Below, in pieces: positions 13,318 to 26,620 of a stretch of DNA of 64,000 nucleotides (position 1 is its first letter; every line of letters begins with the position of its first letter). The position numbers were made by a program, and so were the translations under genes. The stretch comes from Laetmonice hystrix (taxonomy: Eukaryota): the NCBI GenBank assembly GCA_965235115.1, contig OZ249440.1, positions 33,730,001-33,794,000 on the forward strand, read 5' to 3'. A model generated the notes under the pieces. That model worked only from the letters and a program-made list of their open reading frames with translations. It did not search any database and was not told the origin of the DNA.

Positions 13318-16300
13318 TTAGGTTTGGCCTTGCGATTCTAGAAATTGGTTAACATGTTTTTTATATGTTGACAGTGAACAGTTGATATTAATCTTGTCAA
13401 TAAGTCGATTGTACAGTTTGGGCCCTTGTACAGTTGCAGATTTTTCAAATGCTATTGTATTCATTAATGGTATATTAAAATGATGTCGTTGCCTAGTCCT
13501 TTCATGTTTGACTTTCTCAAAAAGATTAAGTATTACCGGGGGGTGTAATTCATGGTGAACCTTGTACATTAAAATAGCGATTTTGAGCTTATACATATTG
13601 TCGAGAGTTTTAATGTTAAGTTGTTCAAATAGTGGTTTCGTATGTGCCAGTCTTGGTGAGGAAGTTATTACTCTTATAGCTTTTTTCTGGCATATCTCAA
13701 GCATCCTCATATGTACTGCCGCAGCTGCGCCCCAGATCCCAATCCCACTATTTAGGTATGGGTGGATAAAGATGAAATACAAGTTTCTGAGCGTATTTAC
13801 GTTAAGTATTTTTCGAAGTTTAATAAAGAGACCAAGTATTTTTCGAAGTTTAATAAAGAGACCAATCATTTTAGAAACTTTCTTTGAAATGTAGATGATA
13901 TGAGCCTTCCATGTGAGATGTTCATCCATAATATATCCCAAGAATTTTATTTCATCAACGCGTTCAATTTCATTTCTATCTATTAAGAGTGTTAGATTTG
14001 AGTTTGGTATTTTTAGCTTGTTTGAGAACACCATGTATTTAGTTTTAGAAATATTTAAGGATAGTTTATTCGCTTTCAACCATTCAACCACATTTTCTAA
14101 TTCCAGGTTTGCGGCCCTTATTAATGATTCAATGTTTTTACCAACGAAATAAAGGCTACTATCATCGGCATACATTGTTGGATGACTGTGTGAACAGACT
14201 TTGTACAGATCATTAATATAAATTATAAATAAAAGTGGACCTAGTATAGACCCTTGAGGGACACCTGACTGGGTTGTTCTTTCATCTGAGGCGTAGTCTT
14301 TAAAGTTTACATATTGTAGACGATCCGTAAGGTAGTTTTTCAGCCATAACAACGGGATTCCCCTGATGTCATAGTGATGGAGTTTGTCTAATAAAATCTG
14401 GAAGTTAACTGTATCAAAAGCTTTACTAAGATCAAGAAATATACCCCAAACTATTTGATTATTATTAAAGGCGGACGTTATGGTATGAGTAAGAGCCATG
14501 AGGGCCAATTCTGTTGAGTGTTTTTCTCGGAAACCAAATTGGTACTCATAAAGGTAATTGGTTCTGTATAAGAAATTATATATACGAGAATGCATAGCCT
14601 TTTCGAACAGTTTAGATAGAATAGGTAGTATAGAAATCGGTCTATAGTTATTAATTAGATGTGGATTATCAGCTTTGAAAAGCGGCTTTACTTTGGCAAT
14701 CTTAATTTCTGTTGGTACTACCCCAGAAAGAAAAGATAAATTAATTATATGTACAAGCGAGTTAAGAATCATATGGAATATTACTGATATTATGGTTCGG
14801 TTGAAGCCATCATAGCCGGAAGCTGAGTCTTTCAAAGTTTTAAAAAAATTTGTAATCTCTTCCGGAGTCGTAGGTTCAATGTACATAGACTGCTTATTAG
14901 AAACATTTAGGTATTCTAAATATGTGACGCTCGGTTTAGGAATTTTGTCCGCAAACTGTGAACCTATACTGATATAATAACCATTAAAGTGATTAGCTAT
15001 GGTCTTAGGATCACTAATAGGTAAACTATTAACTTTAAAGTAGTCAGGATACACGTCGGGCTTCCTATTGCCAATGATATCTTTGATGAAATTCCAATAT
15101 TTTTGGGGATCTTTATAATTTTCAGAGAGCTGTAAATTATAATAATTCCTTTTTTCTTGATTCATCTTTTTTGTAACCCATTTTTTAAAATGTTTATATT
15201 TTTTTATATTAATTTGGGTAGGTGATTTTATAGAAAATTTGTAAAGCTTGTTTTTATAGGCTATCTCTTTTTTAAGTTCAGCACTTAGCCATGGGATTTT
15301 GTTGTTATAATTTTTCATCTTCTGCCTTAATGGGAAGCATTCAATAAACTGTTCATTAATTTTGGCATGCAGGGTGGTGAAGGCCTCTTGTGTATCATTG
15401 ATCTGCAAAATGCTTTCCCAGTTGATTTGTTGACAATTATTTATATATTGATTTAGTTTCCTTTTGCTGAATGATCTACTGAAAACTGTTTCTTCAGTCT
15501 TTTTAACTTGCTTTCTTTCAATTGAAATCACAATCGGGTAATGATCAGATATATCTGCGACAAGTACAAATGATGCATGTGAATAACCAAAATTATTCGA
15601 AAAGCAGTTATCAATTAGCGTACATGTAGACGTTGTTATCCTAGTCGGGATTGTAATCAGGGGCAACATGGCCGCTGAGGCTTGCTGTGACATAAAGATC
15701 TGAGCTTCCTGGTTACTCTCCCCCTTTAACATATCAATATTGAAATCCCCTATTACATATTGTATACAATTTAGATTTTCAAGTTTTTCCTGAAGCTCAT
15801 TCAATTTAGTAAAGAAATTGTCCATATTTCCAGACGGCGGTCGGTAACACGTGCCAATAATTAGGTTCTTACTTAGATGTGTGTATTGTTTCAAAATCTT
15901 AATAAAGTTGAACTCATAATCATTACAGATAAAGTTAAACTTTTTCATGGAAGTATACGGTGTATTAGACCTGATATAGACAGAAACCCCCCCACCTCTC
16001 TTCCCTTTCCTAAACAGATGTGTAGCCTCAAAGCCAGAGATTGAATAATGGTCAGCCGTGTTTACAGTAAACCATGTTTCAGTGAACAGTATACATTCTA
16101 ATTTATCAATTATGGGTTCAAGGTAAAACAGGATTGCATCAAAATTCTTCTGTAGACTTCTCGCATTGATCTCAATAAAGCTAAAGGAAGTATAACAGTT
16201 TTCCTGACAATTCTTCAATTTCTGAGTATATACAAGAGTTATTTAATTGTGAAAACAAATTTCCATCTGGGTCGATATTTTGTTGCAGTTCAAAAATAGT

Positions 16301-16447
16301 GTCAGATCTTTCTGCAATCTCTAATACGGAGTCATTTACTAAATCTTGTTGAGTGTCATGGCTTTGAAACAAGGCCATCAGTTCTGAGTCGTTCAGTTCG
16401 CTAAAAACAGCATCAGTCATATCACTATAACAGTTTAAAATATTCAA
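13318..16447 (-). CDS. LINE ORF2: APE endonuclease + reverse transcriptase; one frameshift near 16200
   Basis: NARSL, FTETW, YRPP, GDFN, SDHYP; NYRPIS, FLDLSKAFD, GVPQGSILGP, YADD; 966-aa open frame, with probable N-terminus in 16181-16447. Confidence 0.95.
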
Positions 16448-17097
16448 CGTCTAGAGATCTGTTTGATAAAGAAGTTAAGAAACACATGCATAAAAAAGAG
16501 ATAGGGAAGAGAGGAAGTGAAATCCCAAGCATTGCCATCATGTATAAATGAAAGTTCGTTCGAATATATACAGCCAACGATATCATAACATCTTACAGTG
16601 TACATTGTACAAGAGTCGTCGCAGGATAACATAGCACTGGGGCACGCTTGAACTAATTTGGCCAAAAATCAGGGCTACTCATGAATTAACTATTCCCAAA
16701 CTAATCCTATGAGTACATAATTAGGAGCAAATCACAAGAAATACACAATATTTTTGGCTGATAAACCTGTGATGTCAACACAAAGAAAGAAATACCGACG
16801 GTTACGTCTGTGTCTTGGTGAAGTTAGAAATCATGTAGTTGTACACATGTTCTGCAGTAAACAACCCTGCGTGTCATAACTGGGTCATGTTACATAACTA
16901 ACGACACAGCACCGAGTCGACCGAGTTGTGTACCCTGGTTTCGGTCAAGTAGCAGCTTACCACTTATATGCGTGTAAACATTGCCATCAGTATAGCCTAT
17001 ACAGTTTCAATCAAAGAGAAGGGGAGTATGTATCAGCCAGAAGTTAACGATGTTCCAAAAATGGAAGTTGTGTTGCATAACATGATTTGATAGAGCA

Positions 17098-17620
17098 CTA
17101 ATTATCTCTTATTTCCATCAAAATCTGTCCAAGTTTGTTTTGTCCATTATAAGTGTTTGTCGAAAGATTCACGGAGGTGAGAGGCACACCAGCACCCCAA
17201 AACATGTCCCTGGTTGCTTCTACTAGCGTATTCCTTCCAGTTTTCTGTAGTTTTTTAAGCAGATTGGTGTTCTGTCGGAATTTCTCGTAAACCGCTATCT
17301 TCATGACATCCACTTTCTTTAGGTGCCACTCATTTGTCCGTGGGACAGAGATGGAATCGCCCAGCTTTTTTATTTTCAGACTGTCTGATTCATTGATGAT
17401 GGCAGGACATAGGTCTTGTCGACCAGTCATCTCTGCCTTCTTCGCTTGAAACATTTGTTCTACAGACACATATTCAGTTCCATCATGGATGAAAGGGGAG
17501 TGATAGAAGTTAGATAGGTAAGAATGGCGACTGTAGAAAGCAATAGTACTGTCATTAACTTGTTTGGTCCTAGCAGCTTCCAGGCTATATTCAGGTGGCA
17601 CATAGCCCAATGTGTGTAAC
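17098..17620 (-). CDS. NADAR (YbiA/DUF1768-like) domain, probable C-terminus of LINE ORF1
   Basis: YLSNFY, SVEQMFQAKKA, IKKLG, EKFRQN..L..TG..LVEATRDMFWGAG, GQNKLGQILMEIR; open frame up to the LINE 5' junction. Confidence 0.92.
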
Positions 17621-20600
17621 TCGTGAACCACAAGGGGTACCATAGCATAAATATTCAGGTATTAATATGACATTTTTTGAACATTGCTGCCTTGTTTCCA
17701 GATTACCACGACTGGTTCTTGTTAGAAAGTTAATTTCCTGCTCAGCTCAAAGTAAACGGACATACACTTATTATTAGGTGTACAGTTTTCTTTGCGCATG
17801 TATGATAGTCACGTAGAAAACAATAAAAGGAATTGACCAATTCTTCGAGTACAAGAAAAATGAGACAGATTGTGTTTTCCAACCTGAATTTCTTAATTTC
17901 CTAATAGGTTACTTGTGATGCTTCCCTGTCGTTCATCCACACTGATGCAAGAAGGCCCAGGTCGTAAAATGACACATACATTCTTCGGGAAAGCGCTATA
18001 GGGTCGTGATTCATGAACTGGGGGCAAAAAGTGTAACAGGGTCAAAATGGTCAATTTTTCAATATTCATCCTGTGAAATAAACAAATGAAGGTCTCTTAA
18101 TTGCACATAGACTGACTCTATTATTCCCATCCGTTAATGAATAAAGTACAATTGAATTACCGTAATCAATAGGATAATGCATTGGGACTCCAACCTTTTT
18201 TATTGATTTTCTCAAAACGGACATGGTTTGACAAAAATAAGCCTAACTTCCCTTTATTTTAACCGAATTTCACCAAACTGGTGGCAAAATGCAGACAAGA
18301 AAATGTTCTTTCAAGTGAGACCTAATGTTGTGATGTCCCACACCAAAATGACTACAAAAAAGAACTTTGAAAATCAGGTGGGTGAAAATCATGAAAAATG
18401 CGTGAAAATCATGAAAAATGCAATGGAAATGATCAGCTTTTATATTTAGAGCCCTCGGGCAATCCGTGACTGTGTAAAGTTGAATAAAAGCCAACAATGA
18501 GAAAATAAATCTCTTAAGATAATTTTATTAAATAATTGTAATTAGCACCATCTTGCACCTCGGACCTCGCAACAAAGTGTACTGACTTAGTACAAATACA
18601 GTGAAATAATAACCTAATAATACTGGCAACTACCAAGGGTTGTGCTAAGGGGTGAAGCGGGCGATTCTGGGCCAATATGTATAAAACTACTTAAGTCAAA
18701 GTATAACCCTTATCTTTTGTTTGGCATGTTCGAGTACAATACATAGGTGTATTACTTAGACTTAAGTAGTTTTATGCATGGGCCCTGGTGTCCTACGGCA
18801 CCACAGTCACCTAAAATGGATCCTGGGATCTATTGGCAGTCCCAGCTGTATACCCTTCATGACTATTTATGCATAAAATCCTCATATATAGGGATCACAA
18901 TGCAAACTAAACACCCACGTGCCTGTTCCAATTTTCTCATTCCCATGTACACCAACAACTACAAGGGGATTAAAAATCTCACGATCACTAGTTGACAAGA
19001 TTGTAGAACTGGAAGGCCAATTTGTAAGATCTGTCCACTACTAAAATAGCTTCCTTCTACTGGCCTCTCTTTGACCCTCTTGGAAACCTAGAGACACCTA
19101 TATGCTAATAACAGAACCACACATTGAAGTCTGTATTGAAAATGCACCGCCTCCTCCGACCGCCTCCTCCGATCCCCCAGGTACTCATTTCATTCACAAC
19201 ACAAGAACTTGGTTGCATTGAATCAAACTGTGATAAATGTGACATCAGGAGAAAGGTGACATGATAAGCTTTCAGAATATACCTAGTTTGTTGTTGTAGC
19301 CCTATTCTTCTGAGTAAAAGTTCGATTTGAATGGGACAACTTTGTCAGATGTGTTACAATCCCCCATTTGTGATACCCCAGTTCATGAATTGTGACCATA
19401 GGGCACCAGGGAGAACAGGGGGCAATGGATGGGTTTTGGTTGCTCGGAGACGGTGGGTATGTAAGAGTTTCCTTCATCATTCATGTAAATTGAGTGGACA
19501 ACCTGATATAGTCTCACAGCCGGGGACACAATGTGACAAAACATCATTTCAACTGGATTGTAACTTGAATTAATTACATCAGTTCAGCTGTTTCAGTTAA
19601 ATTTTTCCAGACTGTGTCTCACTTTTCTTCACATGTTTATTTATTTCTGCCTGGCAAATAGTCATGTGAGGCAGAGTTTTTATTATAAAATGAAGAGTCA
19701 TTAGACCGCAAGTGCACAGACAACCCTTGAGTTTAAAATAGAACAGGGTCAGTTCAAAAAATACATCTGGGCCTGTTCATTCTTTTACGAATTTCGAACA
19801 CTGATAGTAATACACCCATAATTTATGATAATACACCCGTTGTCTTAGATCAAATATAGAATAAATGGTGATGAATGGTACAGGTGGTCGAAATATTCCC
19901 TTTTGCAAGGTTTTGTGAGCAGTTGAAAATCAGCTCTCTCGAGTTATCATCCGTAGGTTAAAGTGGCACTATTTATTTGCCCCGGGAAGTTGACCCCTCC
20001 CATATGGATCCGCTGCACTTATCGTAATAAATTTGAGTGGAACCAACCCGATTTACTGTGAGAACCGACGATGTCCCATGATGGTATCATGCCTGCGTCT
20101 CCGCGCCATTTTGCCATGTTGCCTCAGCTGGGTAACGGGGGAATTCCATCGGTGCGCGCGCATAACCACGTGACTGCATCTACTTCCGCAGAGGAGCACG
20201 CGGAAAATGGCGGACAGCAAACAGGAGGTTAGGCATGTTAGGGGAACGGGCTCCGGGCCGGGAAGGGGTAACCCCCTACTGCGGTCCCTACACACACAGA
20301 CACCCCCACCCCGGCCCTCGCCACCTCGGATGCCGAACGTGTCATTGAGTCAGTGAGTGGCAGCCCGACGAACGGCGGTGCTCTGAGAGAGACGGCAGCG
20401 TAACGGTTCGCCCCGCAGGTGGGAAGGCTGCCGCTGGCACACACTCATTTTGAACTCGCGATTTTTCATAAACTACGCTACGCATCGTTATCAGACTTAG
20501 GCCCGTATGCACAGCCTATACTTTCCCAAAGTGTCACTTCCGATCAAAGTATAACTTTGCAAAGTGACACCAAAGTGAAACTTTGGAGTAACTTTCAGAA

Positions 20601-23049
20601 AGTGCAGCTTGGAATGCACCGGGCGTACTAAAACTGTACTTTGCAAAGTGTGACCCCAGTGCTTTTTTGTAAGTGTGGGGGGGATTGCACAATAGTAGGC
20701 CTATACTATTTCAACGGAGTGTCCAACTGCACAGACGCGTCGGAAGCAGTCCAACATTGGTCTTGCCCACCTGGAACCTAAAATAATTTCTTTAAGTTAT
20801 TTTATTATAACTGTTGTAAACTGGATGAATTGGTCATGTTAAAGAGACGCGTCACTTTTCTCAGTGGCGCCACCTCGTGGCAATTGACGAACTCTATTTT
20901 TACACGTTGCAACGCGTTTTTTTACGTCACTCAATGCTGTAAACAACACGGCAATGCAGAGGCAGAGGCAAGTCTGGCCGCTTCGCATCCCAGAAACAGT
21001 TTGACAAAAGGCTTCACGATGCCAGAAAAATGTACTTGACTATGTGTTTTAACATTGGAGTCTATGGGACCGATAAGACCCTTGGTAGTGAAAATGTCGA
21101 TATCTCATGAATTTCCATGGTGACATATGATTTTTTTTAATCTAAAGTGTTCAAAACAAGTCATGCAACAATTCTGAGAAGTATTTTCAGAATCTCTGGG
21201 TTAGAAATGTCTGAAAAAAATCTTCTCTCTTCTAATTCGAACCAAAAATTTCACGTATCTCTCTCTACTGTAGACTGTAGTAGTGCGAGTTGAAGGCCTA
21301 TCTTCAAATGCTCATAACTCAGGATCCGATATGGTGACCCGCCATTTTCTTTGCACCAAAATACTCGAAAAATGTAGAATTATTTTATGTGAAAGTAGCC
21401 TGAAAATCTCTGGGTCAGAAATTTTGGGCTCATTGGTGTCGAGTCCCTTAACTGACTATAGCTCGACATATTCGTCTGATTATTTGACACACTGACGGCT
21501 GATGAATCCCAGCAACATCACCTATAAACGTCTGAAAGCTCCCAGTTGCATAGAATCGCACAGTAGAGCCAGTGAAATTCTGTCATCCTTCATTCCTTGC
21601 CACGAAATTCCGTTTTGAACATGAGAAAATCCGTTTTTTTCCGCTTGAATTTAAAAAATCCGTTTCGGTATTTCCCCAGTATGCTGAGTGTCCCAAAAAA
21701 TGCACAACCATTATTTGCACACCTGTCACATTTACACGTTTCACATATGTTATAGGGAATCTTTTTACAAGAAAAATTGCGAGTTCAGAATGAGTGTGTG
21801 CAAGGAGGCGTCCCGTCCACACTGCCAACCCTCTGCACCGGCCGCCTCCCGATGACCGCCCTCCCGGTGACGGTCCCCTCCCCTCCCCATTACAGAATGC
21901 TTTGGTATAAACGGATACAGGAACTGCTCATCACTGTACTCCTCAAATGGCTTGGCATGATCTTGTATATATGGCCGACCACTCCTACTTGCTCAAAGCT
22001 GATAAATTTGCTCGATATTATCTAGCAAATCGTCCATGATACCCTTTTTCAAAGATTTCATGCACCCTCAATGTGCTGAGGCCGACCGAAAGTGTAGCTA
22101 AAGGGACCTCCTGCCCTGACTTAGCCGTTCCTTTCGTGTGGGCCTCTGAAAGTGTCACTTTGAACTCAACAACAACAACATGGACAGTGTTTATTCGGGA
22201 CCCCGGCTGGAGCACACATTCACGGTTTTCTCGACATTGCAGCGCCTGTGAGAAAACCTCGGTAGTCAAGCAGGTCCGTGCTCCGTGTTTCAAAACGAGG
22301 CCGATCATAGCAACCGCGACGGAAAACGGTCTATTGACATAATTATGTGGTATCAAACACAAAATGTTAAAAGTCTTCCTTTTCAGATATCCCTTGAAAC
22401 CATACCTCCTAACACCTTTCTTGAATCCTGAAAGTGAAGCCGAGGAGAGATACAACAGGGACCACAAGGGCACAAGGGCCTGCGTGGAACGGGCAATTGG
22501 AGTATTAAAGCAGTGCTTCAGGTAACTAAAGTTACAGTTGCGCGATGTAAGGCTAATCTAAACAAACTAGGAAACTTAACATATCATGGGATATTTGTAC
22601 TGTCACTGATTGCAACCATCAAGGGTTTGCTTCTACCCCGTCAATTGTATATGTCCCTGTAAACCCTAGCTCCTAAAGTAATTTTGGCAGGGCTGGTGGA
22701 ACTGGGGGGCGGGGGGTCGGGTTTTCAAAGATAAATTTCCTGATTTTAGATTGCTTTGATGATACAACTCAGTCACTAAACATAATAGGTCTTCTTTACG
22801 GTGGCTTTTTAGTATTTACAGATGTCTCGATGATACGGGTGGCCTGCTACAGAGCGATCCTGCATGGGCCAGCAGAATTATTGTAGGCTGCTGTGCCCTA
22901 CATAATCTACATAACCTACATAAACATTTTCATAATCCAATCCAGCCATGTTTGTTGCATTTCAAAGAAACTTAGCCACGACTCAGAAGGAACTGCATGA
23001 GGAGCTCTTCCCAACACCATTTTTGGATCATGGTGCCGGGGATGGCATG

Positions 23050-24180
23050 GATGATGGAGCAAGCCACAGCAAGTACAGACCTGCGTTTTCAGGGTGTTCT
23101 AGGCCGGGATAGAAGAGTGAATGTGAAACTGTGGAACCGTGAGCCGAGAGTGGACATCCACCAATATGACATGAATATATTTTCTATGTCCTGTAGTAAT
23201 TCTTGCTTCAGATCATGGATACTAAAGTGGGTGAGTACACAATGCGTCTAATAATATGCAGTGTTTCTAAAGCCGGAGTCACACTGCCCGATTTTTTCCC
23301 CCGATTTTGCTATCGGCCGACGTTTTCCGTGTCGGCCGATGGAGTCGGGCAGTGTGACCCTACTTCCGATCCGATTTCGTCGGCGTCGGGATAAAAAATC
23401 GGCGTCGGGCATTTCTTGACACTGTCAAGGAATGTCGGCAGATTCACGTCCCCGATTGTCGGCGTCGGGCAGTGTGACGCCGGTACCGACGGAATCTGCA
23501 GACATTGTGGTACTGATAGTGGCCACGTGATGGGAACTTAATAATTAAGGGTCAAGGCCACGGCAAAATGGGGTCAGAAGGTAGCTGGCCAGACAACAAG
23601 ATGGCCGATGATCGGTGACGGAACGCACGTGTCGGGCAGTGTGATCATGTCTGATGAGATCTTATCGGCGAGACTACAGATTCTACAGATTCCGTTGGCT
23701 GACGCCGGAATCGGCCGACGGAAAAATATCGGGCAGTGTGACTCCGGCTTAAGACAAGATTCTTGCTTCAGATCAGGGATGACGGGACGTGGATACCGAC
23801 TAAAATGGGCATCAGCCTTACTGTGAACCACTTCAGAGAACTACTCGGGGTCATGGACAGTGTGGATCGCTCCCTCAAGATGATCAACAAGGGGGAAGAG
23901 AAGAACAACTACATGATGCATCTCGGTGGAAATGTCAGTCTTTGTCAGTCTGAGGAAGTTTTGGATTCCACCTGGTGAAACTGAACTGAAACCTACTAAG
24001 AAAGGTATAGCGCTACGCCTGAAAGAGTGGGACTTGCTCAAAACCGCTGTACCGGATATATACAGACAGTACTACCGGAACTCCATACCGAGATTCCGTG
24101 CTACATGCACGAGGATCACTTTAACCAGATGGGAGCGTTTGCATGCCCTGAATGCCATCCTAATTTTACCATGTCGTAAT
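23050..24180 (+). pseudogene. Tandem PC4/Sub1-like ssDNA-binding domains with C-terminal Cys/His motif, interrupted
   Basis: LGRDRRVNVKLWNREPRVDI; IPTKMGISLTV; SLRKFWIPPGETELKPTKKGIALRLKEW; PCYMHEDHFNQMGAFACPECHP. Confidence 0.75.
23271..23749. mobile_element. Harbinger-type MITE
   Basis: TIR AGCCGGAGTCACACTGCCCGAT; TAA TSD. Confidence 0.9.
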
Positions 24181-24678
24181 GCTCAGGACTCTGGACTCTG
24201 CTGCTGCATGACAAAGTTTCATATATGATGGCGCATGACACATAATATCGGTTATCTTCGATAGTCATTTTGACATTGTAAAAAAACTAGACACTTTTTA
24301 AAAGGCCCACTGTTTTATTGTGTACCAATATATACAAAATATTTTTGCTTGTACTTATGGAGCGATTCTTCCTGGATCTTTTGGTACCAGTCATGCTTGA
24401 TTGGTTTTCATGCATGACCGCACAGGAGACAATTAAGGGACAAGGGTGAAATCTGACCTGCGCCAACTGACCACAGCTGGGTATGAACAAAAATCAACGC
24501 AGGCTCTTTGCTGAGGAATTGTGGACGCACCATACTGCTGCAGTGCCAAGAAGGCCTAATGAGACCTATGGGCAAGTGTGTGCGATTTGAATTAACTGAT
24601 TAAACCAGGGGCATGAAAATTACTTGGCTATCCATTTCATATCCAGCTCTGATCACTTGGCGCAGGTCAGGTCAACTC

Positions 24679-26620
24679 GTATGCCCGCATTAGGCAGGTG
24701 CTAGAAAGTTCGAAGGAATTTCAAGAGGTTACGGAGTCAAAGTATGGGGTACCATCAAGGCGAAAGGCCATGGCAAACACGCAGATCCTAAAAAGATCTA
24801 CGATGCCATACGTTACATAGCCCCAAAATAATTCTAGGTAAAATTGTATTTTTAGGCCAGATGATTGTATTTTTACAATCTAAATCAATTGAGGAGAAAG
24901 TGCTCCAATGACTGTTCGCAAATGAAATTGCAAACATAAAAAATAACTAAAATGCACGAATATGACGGGCGTTTCAAAGTTCAAGAGAACTCCAAAGTAT
25001 TGTTGAGTTGAGATTAAATTAAATTGAATTTAATTTAATTGAGAAGTATGGTGCCTCAACCACCATCAACCGTCAGTTTTCGGAAATGGGGCGTAGCCTC
25101 CAGAGACTCTTCGCAAAAGAAATTGTCAACAATAAACACTTGTATGCCCGCATTAGGCAGGTACTAGAAAGTTCGAAGGAATTCCAAGAGGTTACGGAGT
25201 CAAAGTATGGAGTACCATGGCGAAAGGCCATGGCGAACACGCAGATCCTTAAAAAGATCTACGATGCCATACGTTACACAGCCCCAAAATAATTCTAGGT
25301 AAAATTGTAAAAATACAATCATCTGGCCTAAAAATACAATCTAAATCAATTTGAGGAGAAAGTGCTCCAGCGACTGTTTGCAAATGAAATTGTAAACATT
25401 AAAAAAAAAACTAAAATGCACGAATCAGCCGGGCGTTTCAAAGTTCAAGAGAACTCCAAAGTGTTGTTGAGTTGAGATTGAATTGAATTGAATTGAGAAG
25501 AAGTACGGTGTCCCATGGTGAGAGACCAGGAAGAACCCTCAAATTCTGAAAAAGAGAGTATGATGCTATACGTTACATGACTCATAAAAAATTACAGTTA
25601 AAGTAAAAAAGTTCAAAAGTTTTGGTGTCCTGGTGTATGTATTCTTAGGCTAGATGATTGTATTTTAAAAACTAAATCAATTTGAGGAGAAAGTGCTCCA
25701 GTGAATGTTCACAAATAAAATTGTAAACATTAAAAAAAACTAAAATGCAGGAATCAGAGAGGCGTTTCAAAGTTCAAGAAAACTCAAAGTGTTGTTCAGT
25801 TGAGATTAAATTAAATTGAATTGAATTTAACTGAGAAGTAGTATGGTGCCTCAACCACCATCAACCGTCAGTTTTCGGAAATGGGGCGTAGCGGACAAGG
25901 AAGGAGGTCCTCCAGAGACTCTTTGCAAAAGAAATTGTCAACAATAAAAACTCGTATGCCTGCATTAGGCAGGTGCTAGAGAGTTCGAAGGAATTCCAAG
26001 AGGTTACGGAGTCAAAGTATGGGGTACCATGGCGAACACGCAGATCCATAAAAAGATCTACGATGCCATACGTTACACAACCCCAAAATAATTCTAGGTA
26101 AAATTGTATTTTTAGGCCAGATGATTGTATTTTTACAATCTAAATCAATTGAGGAGCCAGCGACTGTTCGCAAATGAAATTGCAAACATAAAAAAAAAAC
26201 TAAAATGCACGAATCAGACGGGCGTTTCAAAGTTCAAGAGAACTCCAGAGTGTTGTTGAGTTGAGATTGAATTAAATTGAATTGAGAAGTATGGTGCCTC
26301 ATGGTGAGAGACCATGAAGAACACTCAAATTCTGACAAAGAAAGTATGATGCTATACGTTACATGACCCATAAAAATTACAGTTTAAGTAAAAAAGTTTA
26401 AAAGTTTTGGCGTCCTGGTGTATGTATTATTAGGCTAGATGATTGTATTTTTAAAATCTAAATCAATTTGAGGAGAAAGTGCTCCAGCGACTGTTTGCAA
26501 ATGAAATTGTAAACATTAAAAAAAACTAAAATGCACGAATCAGACTGGCGTTTCAAAGTTCAAGAGAACTCCAAAGTGTTGTTGAGTTGAGATTGAATTG
26601 AATTGAAAAGAAGTATGGGC
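24679..26620 (+). repeat. Complex tandem array of two related unit types
   Basis: Unit A at about 24679, 25142, 25954; unit B at about 24885, 25345, 25678, 26145, 26463. Confidence 0.8.

Larger units (their letters stand above)
13036..17620 (-). mobile_element. 5'-truncated CR1/L2-group LINE carrying a NADAR domain upstream of ORF2
   Basis: 3' AATAAA + (TCAA)n tail at about 13036-13060; removing the segment restores the Harbinger reading EEHVF-VNHKGYHSINIQ. Confidence 0.88.
11695..22910 (+). pseudogene. Multi-exon PIF/Harbinger transposase disrupted by nested insertions
   Basis: Pieces in correct order: about 11695-11930 RFLASGSMYTDIGD..IKWP; 12972-13035 VIGCVDGTHVAVKAP; 17621-17658 VNHKGYHSINIQ|gt; 17908-17999 VTCDA..ARRPRS*ND..ILRES; 22387-22521 YPLKPYLLTPF..VERAIGVLKQCFR; 22822-22910 CL..IIVGCCALHNL. 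Confidence 0.88.

Noticed and set aside
17621..17643. Predicted Met start of the NADAR ORF; NADAR as a stand-alone host or bacterial gene
   Set aside because: These bases are the antisense of the Harbinger exon (VNHKGYH); the domain lies within the LINE insertion and has no start of its own
18000..19800. Possible decayed coding exons of another transposon
   Set aside because: No motif I could assign with confidence
20437..21801. Imperfect 31-bp inverted repeat pair as transposon ends
   Set aside because: No TSD found; more likely two internal fragments of one repeat family
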